In this document: one piece after another, positions 20,867 through 29,553 of the stretch | Layout of the letters: each line of letters opens with the position of its first letter | Numbering within the stretch: position 1 is the stretch's first letter | Assembly (NCBI GenBank): GCA_051859245.1 | Contig: JBHYGA010000008.1 | Coordinates: 32,001 to 96,000, forward strand | Direction: 5' to 3' | DNA length: 64,000 bases | Source: Gemmatimonadaceae bacterium | GTDB taxonomy: Bacteria; Gemmatimonadota; Gemmatimonadetes; Gemmatimonadales; Gemmatimonadaceae | The notes under the pieces: model-generated | The model's input: only the letters and a program-made list of their open reading frames with translations | Database searches by the model: none | Told to the model about the DNA's origin: nothing | Translations under genes and position numbers: made by a program

Positions 20867-21523
20867 GTGCGCAACAAGGAAAAACGTTCACGTTTCGATC
20901 GCATCCTGAGTGTTGCAACGGTCTTGGCATTTGCGACCGCGATCGGATTGTTCATTCGTCCGAGTGCTCCGCTTGGACGCAGGCTGATGAGCTATGTAGA
21001 GATACTGGAAGTTCAGTGGAAGGCACCAAAACGTTGGGCCGAGCTTTCTCTTGCTGCGCTGCCCCTGCAGGAAGGAGCAGCCAACTATCAAGTGATTATG
21101 ATCGCTGACTTTCAATGTGCGTTTTGCGCTGAGAGTGCACCGATCGTAGACTCCGCAATAGCACTTGGAATGAGCGTCGGATACCTGCACATGCCAGCTC
21201 CATCGCGCGCTTTAGCAGTCAGGGCTGCTGAGCTCAGTGTTTGCGCAGCCGCAGGTGGCGAGTTCAAACGGGCGTTTGACCACTATTTCTACACACTCAA
21301 TTGGGCGAACGCGGATTCCGTGGAGCTCATTCTGCCTAATGTCGAAGACCCGCGCTTCCAATCGTGTGCGCAATCAGATAGCGCGAAGCTTGAAGTGGAA
21401 CGATCGATTCGAGTTGCCTCGGAGCTTGGCGTTCGAGGTACTCCGGTCTTCGTCTCAAGAACCGGATTGATTCGCGGAATCCCAAGTCTGAAAGAGCTTC
21501 AGGCAATCGCCGGGGCGCAGTAA
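20867..21523 (+). CDS. membrane-anchored DsbA-like thioredoxin-fold protein
   Basis: DFQCAFC CxxC, GVRGTPVF cis-Pro loop, extra Cys pair, N-terminal TM. Confidence 0.85.
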   Translation: MRNKEKRSRFDRILSVATVLAFATAIGLFIRPSAPLGRRLMSYVEILEVQWKAPKRWAELSLAALPLQEGAANYQVIMIADFQCAFCAESAPIVDSAIALGMSVGYLHMPAPSRALAVRAAELSVCAAAGGEFKRAFDHYFYTLNWANADSVELILPNVEDPRFQSCAQSDSAKLEVERSIRVASELGVRGTPVFVSRTGLIRGIPSLKELQAIAGAQ

Positions 21524-21778
21524 TGTCAGCTTAGCTACGAAGGTGCGAATGGAGATAGTCACCATTCGGGAGCGACGGCAAACATCTTCGCTGAATGCTG
21601 GGCCTCTTGGACAAGGTGTAAGTCAATCCAAGAGACCAGACTCATTCAGATGAAAACTGAACGGTTCGCGACTTGCTTCCAAGCCGCGAGCTGCTTTCGG
21701 GTTTTTGTAGTTCGCAGTTTTCGCGCCTTCGCGTTCCCTGCGGCCCGCCCTGCAGGAACGTTGACCGGAGGGCAGTGA

Positions 21779-22375
21779 CTACCGGCCCAGCACCACCAGC
21801 GCCGCGCGCACTGTACTCGCGACATCACCCTGCGCGCCAACTTGCCGCACCGCCGCAAGCGCCTCGGCTTCGCCATAACCGAGTGCAATAAGCGCACGCA
21901 CCGATTCGTTATTCGGCGCAGCACCGCCCGCCCGCGCGCGCGACACATCACCGCCACCGGCCACGAGCAAGTCGTCTACCTTCTCGGAAAGATCCAGCAC
22001 AATCTGCTCGGCTTTACGCTTACCCACGCGCGGTACGCGCATGAGTGTGGTGATGTCCTTGGCGCGCAGCACTTCGACTACTCGCTCGGCGCCAATGGTT
22101 GAGAGAATGCCCAGCGCCAGCGACGGACCTACGCCCTTGGCCGTGAGCACACGACGGAATACATCGCGTTCCAGTCGCGAGACAAAGCCGTATAGATCCC
22201 ACGCATCTTCACGCACCGCGAGATGTGTATGCAACGTGAGTTCCGCGCCGTCAGCCGGGAGCTTCTCGAAAACGGAGAGCGGAATATGCACTTCGTACCC
22301 CGTGCCACCGCTCGTTTCGATTTCGATGAGCGCAACAGAGCGATACACCAGACGACCAGTCAGCAGCGCAATCAT
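21779..22375 (-). CDS. ruvA: Holliday junction branch migration protein RuvA
   Basis: MIALLTG, GTGYEV, VREDAWDLYGF, GVGP.LAL, VGKRKAE, ALIALGY; ATGA overlap with ruvC. Confidence 0.96.
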   Translation of the reverse strand: MIALLTGRLVYRSVALIEIETSGGTGYEVHIPLSVFEKLPADGAELTLHTHLAVREDAWDLYGFVSRLERDVFRRVLTAKGVGPSLALGILSTIGAERVVEVLRAKDITTLMRVPRVGKRKAEQIVLDLSEKVDDLLVAGGGDVSRARAGGAAPNNESVRALIALGYGEAEALAAVRQVGAQGDVASTVRAALVVLGR

Positions 22376-22902
22376 GGGCGGCGCGTGGGCAACTTGAGTG
22401 AAGACAACGAGGGGAGCCGCGGCGCGAGCAGCGCACACAGCGCCGCAGCGACACCGTCGGCCGCGTCGGCGGGCTGCGGCGGAGACTTCAGGCGAAGCAA
22501 CTGCGCCACCATGTACTGCATTTGTTCTTTCGTTGCGGCGCCACGTCCGACAATGGCCTTTTTGATCACCGCGGGCGGGTACTCCTCGATCGTGACACCA
22601 GCCAGTTCACCGGCCAGCAGAATCACACCGCGCGCGTGGCCCAATACAACAGTAGTGCGCACATTCTTGGCGTAGAACACGTCTTCAACAGCCATTGTTG
22701 ACGGTGCGTGACGCGCGATCAGTTCCGTCACACCTTCATGAATGTCGCGCAGCCTCGCCGCCAACGGCTGCTCGGCGCGCGTCCGAATCACACCACATTC
22801 AATGAGCTCCGGTGCACCGCGAACACCGCGTCGCACCACACCGTACCCGGTGACCGCCGTGCCCGGATCAATGCCGAGAACGACGCCACCGGTGAGCGTC
22901 AC
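22372..22902 (-). CDS. ruvC: crossover junction endodeoxyribonuclease RuvC
   Basis: LGIDPG..TGYG, AVEDVF, LGHARG, KEQ, DAADGVA. Confidence 0.97.
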   Translation of the reverse strand: MTLTGGVVLGIDPGTAVTGYGVVRRGVRGAPELIECGVIRTRAEQPLAARLRDIHEGVTELIARHAPSTMAVEDVFYAKNVRTTVVLGHARGVILLAGELAGVTIEEYPPAVIKKAIVGRGAATKEQMQYMVAQLLRLKSPPQPADAADGVAAALCALLAPRLPSLSSLKLPTRRP

Positions 22903-23630
22903 GCGTCGTCGTCCATTTCGAAGTTCGCGTCAATGTTCTGCACGTCGTCGAGATCATCGAGTGCGTCGAGCAACTTGAGCAGCGCGGTCGCATTTTCGCC
23001 TTCCACTTTTACCGTGGACTTAGGCACCCAGGCCAGCGCCGCTTCACGCACCGGATAACCCGCCTTCTCGAGTGCTTCACGTACCGCGTGCAAATCCGAG
23101 GGCGCAGTGGTGATGGTAAAATCTTCGCCGTCGAGCGCTACATCTTCAGCGCCCGCTTCAAGCGAGGCCATCATCACCGTGTCTTCGTCGCGCCCTTCGG
23201 CAGCGAGTGACATGCGTCCCTTGCGATCAAACAGATACGACACGGAGTTCGACGCACCAAGATTTCCACCGTTGCGCGACAACTTGTGCCGCACGTCGGC
23301 CACGGTGCGCGTGGGATTGTCGGTGAGTGCCTGAATCATCAGCGCCACACCGCCCGGCGCGTACGCCTCGTACAGCACTTCGATGTAGTCCACACCTTCG
23401 AGTTCGCCGGTGCCCTTCTTGATGCCGCGCTCAATGTTTTCCTTGGGGCACGACACTTTGCGCGCGTTGTCAATTGCGGTGCGCAAACGCGGATTGCCCT
23501 CGGGGTCACCGCCGCCGGCCTTGGCGGCTACGGTGATTTCACGAATGAGCTTTGTGAACAAGGCACCGCGCTTGGCGTCAACCGCCGCCTTGTAGTGCTT
23601 GGTGGTTTTCCATTTACTGTGACCAGCCAT
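22899..23630 (-). CDS. yebC: YebC/PmpR family protein
   Basis: MAGHSKW, NPRLR, YEAYAPGG, TDNPTRT, DLDDVQ. Confidence 0.95.
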   Translation of the reverse strand: MAGHSKWKTTKHYKAAVDAKRGALFTKLIREITVAAKAGGGDPEGNPRLRTAIDNARKVSCPKENIERGIKKGTGELEGVDYIEVLYEAYAPGGVALMIQALTDNPTRTVADVRHKLSRNGGNLGASNSVSYLFDRKGRMSLAAEGRDEDTVMMASLEAGAEDVALDGEDFTITTAPSDLHAVREALEKAGYPVREAALAWVPKSTVKVEGENATALLKLLDALDDLDDVQNIDANFEMDDDA

Positions 23631-23723
23631 ATTCACTCCGGGAGCGTCTCAAAGGCGAAGGCGCCGCAGAAGCGGGGCCAACCTGATTCAACCTCAAAAT
23701 ATAATCAGCGCTGAGGGCTGGCC

Positions 23724-24533
23724 CTACGCCTCGATCACGTCTTCGAACCGCAGGCAGGGGGCGTCAAAATAGAGGTCCACATAGGCCCGATCACCCGTGC
23801 GGTGCTTGAGCAGATGCAATTCGGCCGCCCCGACCAGCGCCGAGTCTGATTGGTAGAGCTCTTCCCGAAACAGGCCGAGCACGAGGTCCGCGTGCGCACT
23901 CACCGCACCGCGCACGCCAAAATCGGCGAGCACCGGGCGCAGGTCGCGGCGCGTGCGATCAAGGTTCGGCAGGTGCGCGGTGAGCAGCACCACCATGTCA
24001 CGTGACACCGCGAGGCGCTTGCAGGCGAGTACCGCGTACGCGAGCGCGTCGTCGCGCGACGATGGATCCGTGAGCAGCGCTTCAAGTCCGTCAATCACGA
24101 GCAGTCGCGTGCCGCGCGCGGCGTCAACGGCGCGGGTGACGCCGGCCACACCGTCAAGCTCCATGGACATGATCACTGGTGCACGCTCGCGCAAATGCGA
24201 TGCGGCCGCCGAGAGCGCGGTGCGCGCCGCATCATCGAGTGAACCGCGCCGCAAGGTTTCCAGCGGAACGCGCGAAACCGACGTGAGTGCGCGTTCAAAC
24301 GTGCGCGCCGCCGAGTATTCAGACGAGAGTACAAGCGAAGGCGTACCCATGGCGCTGGCGCGCAGTGCAAACGCGAGGGCCAGCGATGATGTACCGCTGC
24401 CTGCGTCGCCACCAAGCACGATCAGATCACCGGCGCGAAAACCGCCGTGCACCAGTGGTGCCAGGCTTGGAAATCCGCACGGCACGAGCCACGGATCAGC
24501 TGACGCGGTGCGAACGGGTGGTCGCGCGGTCAT
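23724..24533 (-). CDS. DnaB-like helicase C-terminal domain protein with degenerate Walker A
   Basis: GGFRAGDLIVLGG, SSEYS, LLVIDGL, RPVLADF, ADLVLGLFRE, AELHLLKHRTG; no N-terminal domain. Confidence 0.8.
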   Translation of the reverse strand: MTARPPVRTASADPWLVPCGFPSLAPLVHGGFRAGDLIVLGGDAGSGTSSLALAFALRASAMGTPSLVLSSEYSAARTFERALTSVSRVPLETLRRGSLDDAARTALSAAASHLRERAPVIMSMELDGVAGVTRAVDAARGTRLLVIDGLEALLTDPSSRDDALAYAVLACKRLAVSRDMVVLLTAHLPNLDRTRRDLRPVLADFGVRGAVSAHADLVLGLFREELYQSDSALVGAAELHLLKHRTGDRAYVDLYFDAPCLRFEDVIEA

Positions 24534-24579
24534 GCGTCGTGCCCTCGCGAAGCAGCACCGCCAAATCTGGCCAGCACGC

Positions 24580-24972
24580 TCATGACGCCGTGGCGAGTCG
24601 GCGCACCAACCGCTCGATTTCGAGCGACGCGGCGCCGTCGAGATATCCGCCCGCCGCCGCACCAACCGCACGTAAGGCGCCGGCAGTTGGCATCGCGCCA
24701 GCCGTGGTTGCATCGATCACGCGGGCCAACGGCACACGCAGCGCGGCCGGGAGCGCAAGCGACGCCAGCCAGATGCGGGCCGCCGCCGAACGAGCCTGTC
24801 GATCTTCGAGCGGCAATCGGTCGGGCGGCAGCAAGCCACTCGCCAGCCGCGCGACCGCGAGCAGGGCCAGCACCACTTCGCGCCCGCCGCCAAGCGGCAG
24901 CCGGCCGGCCAGTCCGGCCATGGCGGGAAACGGGAACCCGATGGGAGCGAGTGAGTAGGGAGGTTGAAGCAT
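24580..24972 (-). CDS. hypothetical helical protein
   Basis: Fills the gap upstream of the DnaB-like gene on the same strand; host-like codon usage; no recognisable motif. Confidence 0.55.
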   Translation of the reverse strand: MLQPPYSLAPIGFPFPAMAGLAGRLPLGGGREVVLALLAVARLASGLLPPDRLPLEDRQARSAAARIWLASLALPAALRVPLARVIDATTAGAMPTAGALRAVGAAAGGYLDGAASLEIERLVRRLATAS

Positions 24973-25033
24973 AGACACGAGCGAATCTACATCGCCTCTC
25001 ATCCGCCCGCGAAACCGGATAGCTTTCACGCAT

Positions 25034-26596
25034 ATGGCATTACCGGTCAAACAGATTCTCTGGGTCGACGACGAAGCCGAGCTTCTTGAACCCCACAAGC
25101 TTTTCCTCGGCGACAAAGGCTACGCCGTGGAGATGGCCACGAACGCGGACGACGCGCTCGAGCTGCTGCGGCGGCGTCCGTTTGATTTGCTGCTGCTCGA
25201 CGAGCAGATGCCAGGCACGCGTGGCCTGGCGGCGTATCGTGAGCTGCGAGAGTTTGCGCCATCTCTTCCCGTGGTGATGATCACCAAGAGCGAAGAAGAC
25301 GCCACCATGAAGGAGGCGATCGGCGCGAACGTACGCGACTATCTGGTGAAGCCGGTCACACCACGTCAGGTGCTCGCGGTTGTCACGCGCATTCTCGAGG
25401 GTCCGCTCATTCGCTCGCAGGCGCTGGCCCGCGGATTTGTGGAGCGGTTTCGTGCGATTGAGGCCGAACGTCATTCCGGACTCGACTGGCGCGGCTGGAT
25501 TGATCGCTGGGTGGAACTGGCGCAATGGGATGTTGACCTCGCGGACGCCGGCGAAATGGGGCTGCACGAATCGCTGCGCGGGCTCTATCCCGACATGCAC
25601 CGCGCGTTTGCGCAGTTCATGAAGACGGAGTATCCGCGATGGTTGCGCGATCTTGAAGGCGAACGTCCACCGCTTTCCGTAGACGTGGTGCCGGAGTTTG
25701 TCGCGCCCGTGCTGCGCAACGATCGGAAGGTGGTGTTCATTGTGATCGACTGCTTGCGTCAGGATCAGTGGAAGGCGATTGAGCCGTTGTTCGCGCCGCT
25801 CTTTGAGATTGAGACCACGCACTACTACGGCATTCTGCCCACGGCCACACCGTACGCACGCAACTCGCTCTTCAGCGGACTGTTTCCTGGCGAAATCGCG
25901 GCGAGATACCCCGATTGGTGGGGCGATCGTGACGACGAAACGCTGAACGCGCACGAGAAGGATCTGCTGCAGGCGCAGTTGAAAGACCTCGGCTTTGATC
26001 TGCCCGTTCGCTACAGCAAGATCACATCGCCCGCAGATGCCGACGATCTGCTGCGGCACCTGTCGAGTGCAATTGCCGGTGACGGCATCTCGGCGTTCGT
26101 GTTCAACTTTGTAGACTTGCTCACACACGGACGCAGCGAGTCCATGATTCTGTACGAAGTGGCGCGCGACGAGATGGCACTGCGTGCGCTTACGCATCAG
26201 TGGGTGCAGCGGTCTGCGCTGTTCGCACTCCTGCAGGATGCTGCGCGTCGCGGCATCAAAGTCGTGATCACCACTGATCACGGCGCGCTGCATTGCAACA
26301 CGCCGGCTACGGTATTCGCCAAGCGCGATGCGACGTCGAACCTTCGTTACAAGTTCGGCGAAGACTTGCGCGCCGAACGCGAAGACCAGGCGCTGCTCTT
26401 TACGAATCCCGACGATCTGCGACTGCCACACCGCGGGCAGTCCATGAATACGCTGCTGTCAACGGGCGACACGTTTTTTGTGTACCCCACGAAACTGCGC
26501 GAATATCAGCAGCGCTATAAGGGATCGTTTCTGCACGGCGGTGTCACGCCGGAAGAGTGCATTCTTCCGGTGTCGCTGCTGACGCCCAAACGCTAG
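25034..26596 (+). CDS. PorX-like response regulator (receiver + PglZ/alkaline-phosphatase domain)
   Basis: ILWVDDE..LLDEQMPG..MITKSEE..KPV receiver; IDCLR, LPTATPYARN, VDLLTHGR, TTDHG, FLHGG. Confidence 0.9.
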   Translation: MALPVKQILWVDDEAELLEPHKLFLGDKGYAVEMATNADDALELLRRRPFDLLLLDEQMPGTRGLAAYRELREFAPSLPVVMITKSEEDATMKEAIGANVRDYLVKPVTPRQVLAVVTRILEGPLIRSQALARGFVERFRAIEAERHSGLDWRGWIDRWVELAQWDVDLADAGEMGLHESLRGLYPDMHRAFAQFMKTEYPRWLRDLEGERPPLSVDVVPEFVAPVLRNDRKVVFIVIDCLRQDQWKAIEPLFAPLFEIETTHYYGILPTATPYARNSLFSGLFPGEIAARYPDWWGDRDDETLNAHEKDLLQAQLKDLGFDLPVRYSKITSPADADDLLRHLSSAIAGDGISAFVFNFVDLLTHGRSESMILYEVARDEMALRALTHQWVQRSALFALLQDAARRGIKVVITTDHGALHCNTPATVFAKRDATSNLRYKFGEDLRAEREDQALLFTNPDDLRLPHRGQSMNTLLSTGDTFFVYPTKLREYQQRYKGSFLHGGVTPEECILPVSLLTPKR

Positions 26597-26599
26597 CCC

Positions 26600-28468
26600 A
26601 TGGCAACGCATACGTCTGAGATGCGGGCGGTAGCGCCGCTCAAGGTGTATCCGAGACTGTTCGCGTTCCTGCGCCCGCACCGTTGGCGCATGGTGCTGGC
26701 AGTGGTTACAAACGTAGGAGCGGCGATTCTCGACGTCTTCTCGTTCACGCTGCTCATTCCGTTTCTGAATGCGCTGTTCAAGTTGCCGCCACTCACCAAC
26801 TCGCCAGGGTTGGTGAACGACCTCTTGCAGGTCACGGTCGGCTGGTTCCTTGATTCCACCGATCCGCGCGGCTCTCTGCTCAGCGTCATTCTGTTCATTC
26901 TGGCCGTTGTCACGGCCAAGAATGTGCTGGTGTGGTTTAGCGGACAGCTCGGTGCGCAGCTGCAGGAGTACGTGCTGCGCGATTTGCGGAGTGCGCTGTA
27001 CAGCCACTTGCAGCGCTTGCCGTTGCCCTGGTTTACGAGTACCAAAGTGGGGCAGGTGATTGCGCGTGTTCTCACCGATACGCAGAACACCAAGGCCGTG
27101 ATCACCGAGTTGATTACACGCTCAATCATGAGCGGCGCACAGGTGATCGTGACGATTGTGGCGCTGCTTTCCATGTCGTGGGAGCTGACGCTGGTATCGC
27201 TGGTGGGCGCGCCGCTCATTACAGCGTCGCTGCTGCCGGTGCTGCGCAAGTTACGAAAGGGGCACCGTCGATTAGGTAATCAGCACGGTGAACTCACGAG
27301 CATTGTCCAGGAGTCGGTCACCGGCATGCGATTGGTGAAAGCATTCCGCGCCGAACCGTATGAAACGCAGCGCTTTCAGCAAGCCAACGAGGTGTTCGCC
27401 CGCGGCAACGTGAAAGTGGGTCGTCTGGCCATGTTGAGCGCACCGATTACGGAAACGCTCGGTACCGTGGTGGCCGTGGCCGTGCTGTGGACGGGCGCGC
27501 AGCTGGTCATGGTTGAGGAGACGATGGTGGGCTCCGAGCTGGTCGCGTTCCTGATCATGGTGATGCGCATGTTGCAGCCTCTCAAGCAGCTTGCGCAGGT
27601 ACCCACCGTGGCGCAGCAGTCGCTGGCCAGCGCGGAGCGAGTGTTTGAAGTGTTCGATGCACCGTCGGAAACCATGAACGATCGCGGCACACGCACCATC
27701 GCCGAGTTTAAGGAAGGACTGACGTTTGAAGGCGTGCACTTTGCGTACGAGGGCGGCGCCGAGGCATTGCGCGGCGTGTCATTCCGTGCGCGCAAAGGCG
27801 AGGTCGTGGCGCTGGTGGGGCCGAGCGGTGCGGGAAAGTCGACGCTGGTGGACCTGATTCCGCGGTTCGCCGAGCCTTCGCAAGGTCGCATTGTCCTTGA
27901 TGGTGTGAACATTGCGGACATCCGGTTGGATGCACTGCGTTCACTCACTGGCATTGTGAGTCAGGACACCGTGCTATTTAACGACACCGTGCGCAACAAC
28001 ATTGCGTTTGGTGGTCGCACATATACCGATGCGCAGGTGGAAGCGGCCGCACGCGCGGCCAACGCGCACGGATTCATCACCGAACTGCCCGACGGTTACA
28101 ATACGTCTCTAGGCGAACGTGGCGCGCGTTTGTCGGGTGGACAGCGTCAGCGGCTGGCCATCGCGCGGGCGCTGCTGCTCGACCCGCCGATTCTCATTCT
28201 CGACGAAGCCACGAGTGCGCTCGATGTGGAATCGGAGCGACTGGTGCAGGAAGCAATTGATCGGTTGCTGGAGGGCCGCACGGTGTTTGTGATTGCGCAC
28301 CGGTTGTCCACCATTCAGCATGCCGACCGCATTCTGGTGTTAGAGCGCGGCGAACTCGTAGAAGAGGGCACGCATCAGCAGTTGCTTGCCCGCGGTGGTA
28401 CCTACGCGCGGCTGCACGCAATGCAGTTTGACGGTGGCCGTACGGCCGTGTCGGCTGGCGCCGCGTGA
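26600..28468 (+). CDS. ABC transporter, fused permease/ATPase (MsbA-like)
   Basis: TM domain plus GPSGAGKST, LSGGQRQR, LDEATSALD. Confidence 0.93.
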   Translation: MATHTSEMRAVAPLKVYPRLFAFLRPHRWRMVLAVVTNVGAAILDVFSFTLLIPFLNALFKLPPLTNSPGLVNDLLQVTVGWFLDSTDPRGSLLSVILFILAVVTAKNVLVWFSGQLGAQLQEYVLRDLRSALYSHLQRLPLPWFTSTKVGQVIARVLTDTQNTKAVITELITRSIMSGAQVIVTIVALLSMSWELTLVSLVGAPLITASLLPVLRKLRKGHRRLGNQHGELTSIVQESVTGMRLVKAFRAEPYETQRFQQANEVFARGNVKVGRLAMLSAPITETLGTVVAVAVLWTGAQLVMVEETMVGSELVAFLIMVMRMLQPLKQLAQVPTVAQQSLASAERVFEVFDAPSETMNDRGTRTIAEFKEGLTFEGVHFAYEGGAEALRGVSFRARKGEVVALVGPSGAGKSTLVDLIPRFAEPSQGRIVLDGVNIADIRLDALRSLTGIVSQDTVLFNDTVRNNIAFGGRTYTDAQVEAAARAANAHGFITELPDGYNTSLGERGARLSGGQRQRLAIARALLLDPPILILDEATSALDVESERLVQEAIDRLLEGRTVFVIAHRLSTIQHADRILVLERGELVEEGTHQQLLARGGTYARLHAMQFDGGRTAVSAGAA

Positions 28469-29553
28469 ATACACCGCGCGTTCGGTTGCTGCTGGCATCG
28501 TCGCGCGCGTGGGATGCGTCAACGCTGCAGCTTGCGCTCTTCGCTCAGGAAGCACGTGTGCGTGATTTGCCAGTGTCGGCCGTGGTGCCGAATGGTGCGG
28601 ACGCGTACTGGCGCGACGTGGCACCTGATGTCACGCTGTCAACATTCGACACCGAAGCGCGGGCTCGCGTGATCGCATCCACGCTGCGTGCGCGTGCGGA
28701 ATCGGTGCGCGCGAATGTGGCCGTCACCGACGATGAAGTATTGCGACGGCTGCTTGCCCGCACCGTGGCCGAACACGGATGTGTGTTGCAGCGATTGGCG
28801 TTTGGCGCAGCGCCCCAGGAGGCCTCACTCGGGTCGCGGCTGTTTTCGCGGCGTGTGCCGAGCGCGTACCTCTTGCCAACGTTGCGCGAAAAAATCAGCA
28901 CCGCACGTGAGCCGGCGAACAACAACACGTGCGAAATCCCGATGGCCGTGAGCCCGCGCGAGGACGTGCTGTTTCAGGCCGCGCGTGAAACACCGGTGTT
29001 GGTGATCGTACCGCACCCGGAGGCGCCCCACGAATCGCTGAGTGCGTTGCGCGCCGCCGCTCAGGTTGCCAAACGGCACGCGCAGCTGCGTATTCACTTG
29101 CTCGGCGCACCCGAAGCACTGCAACCGCTGCGTGTACACGGTGCCGCGCTGCAAATCGCGTCGCAGTTGACCACAGGACCACTCGGTGATGGAAGTAGAA
29201 TGCTGCCGGTGGGCACATTTGCCGCGTGGGTGATTGCCGAGGGTGACTCGGGCGCTTCCGTGGCGTTGCATGCAATGGCGCAACGTGTGCCACTGCTGCT
29301 GTGGGCGGAGTCTACGCTGATGCCGTTGGTTGAGCATGGTGTGACTGGCTGTGTGCTGGGCGGCGAGGGCGTGCTGGCCGAATCACTGGCGGCGGCCGAG
29401 TTGGCGCGCTTGATCGCGCACGACAATGAGCAGCGCGCGCTTGGTGGTGCGGCGCGACTTCGTGTGCAGCGGTTGCACGGGCCTGAGCGACTGTATGACG
29501 CGGTGCTCGAGGCGGTAACGCGCGTGCAAAGCGCGGCGCGTCGCGCGGCATGA
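28465..29553 (+). CDS. divergent GT-B (GT4-like) glycosyltransferase
   Basis: C-terminal ..AMA.RVP, VEHGVTG, RALGGAAR..V pattern; GTGA overlap with the upstream gene. Confidence 0.55.
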   Translation: MNTPRVRLLLASSRAWDASTLQLALFAQEARVRDLPVSAVVPNGADAYWRDVAPDVTLSTFDTEARARVIASTLRARAESVRANVAVTDDEVLRRLLARTVAEHGCVLQRLAFGAAPQEASLGSRLFSRRVPSAYLLPTLREKISTAREPANNNTCEIPMAVSPREDVLFQAARETPVLVIVPHPEAPHESLSALRAAAQVAKRHAQLRIHLLGAPEALQPLRVHGAALQIASQLTTGPLGDGSRMLPVGTFAAWVIAEGDSGASVALHAMAQRVPLLLWAESTLMPLVEHGVTGCVLGGEGVLAESLAAAELARLIAHDNEQRALGGAARLRVQRLHGPERLYDAVLEAVTRVQSAARRAA

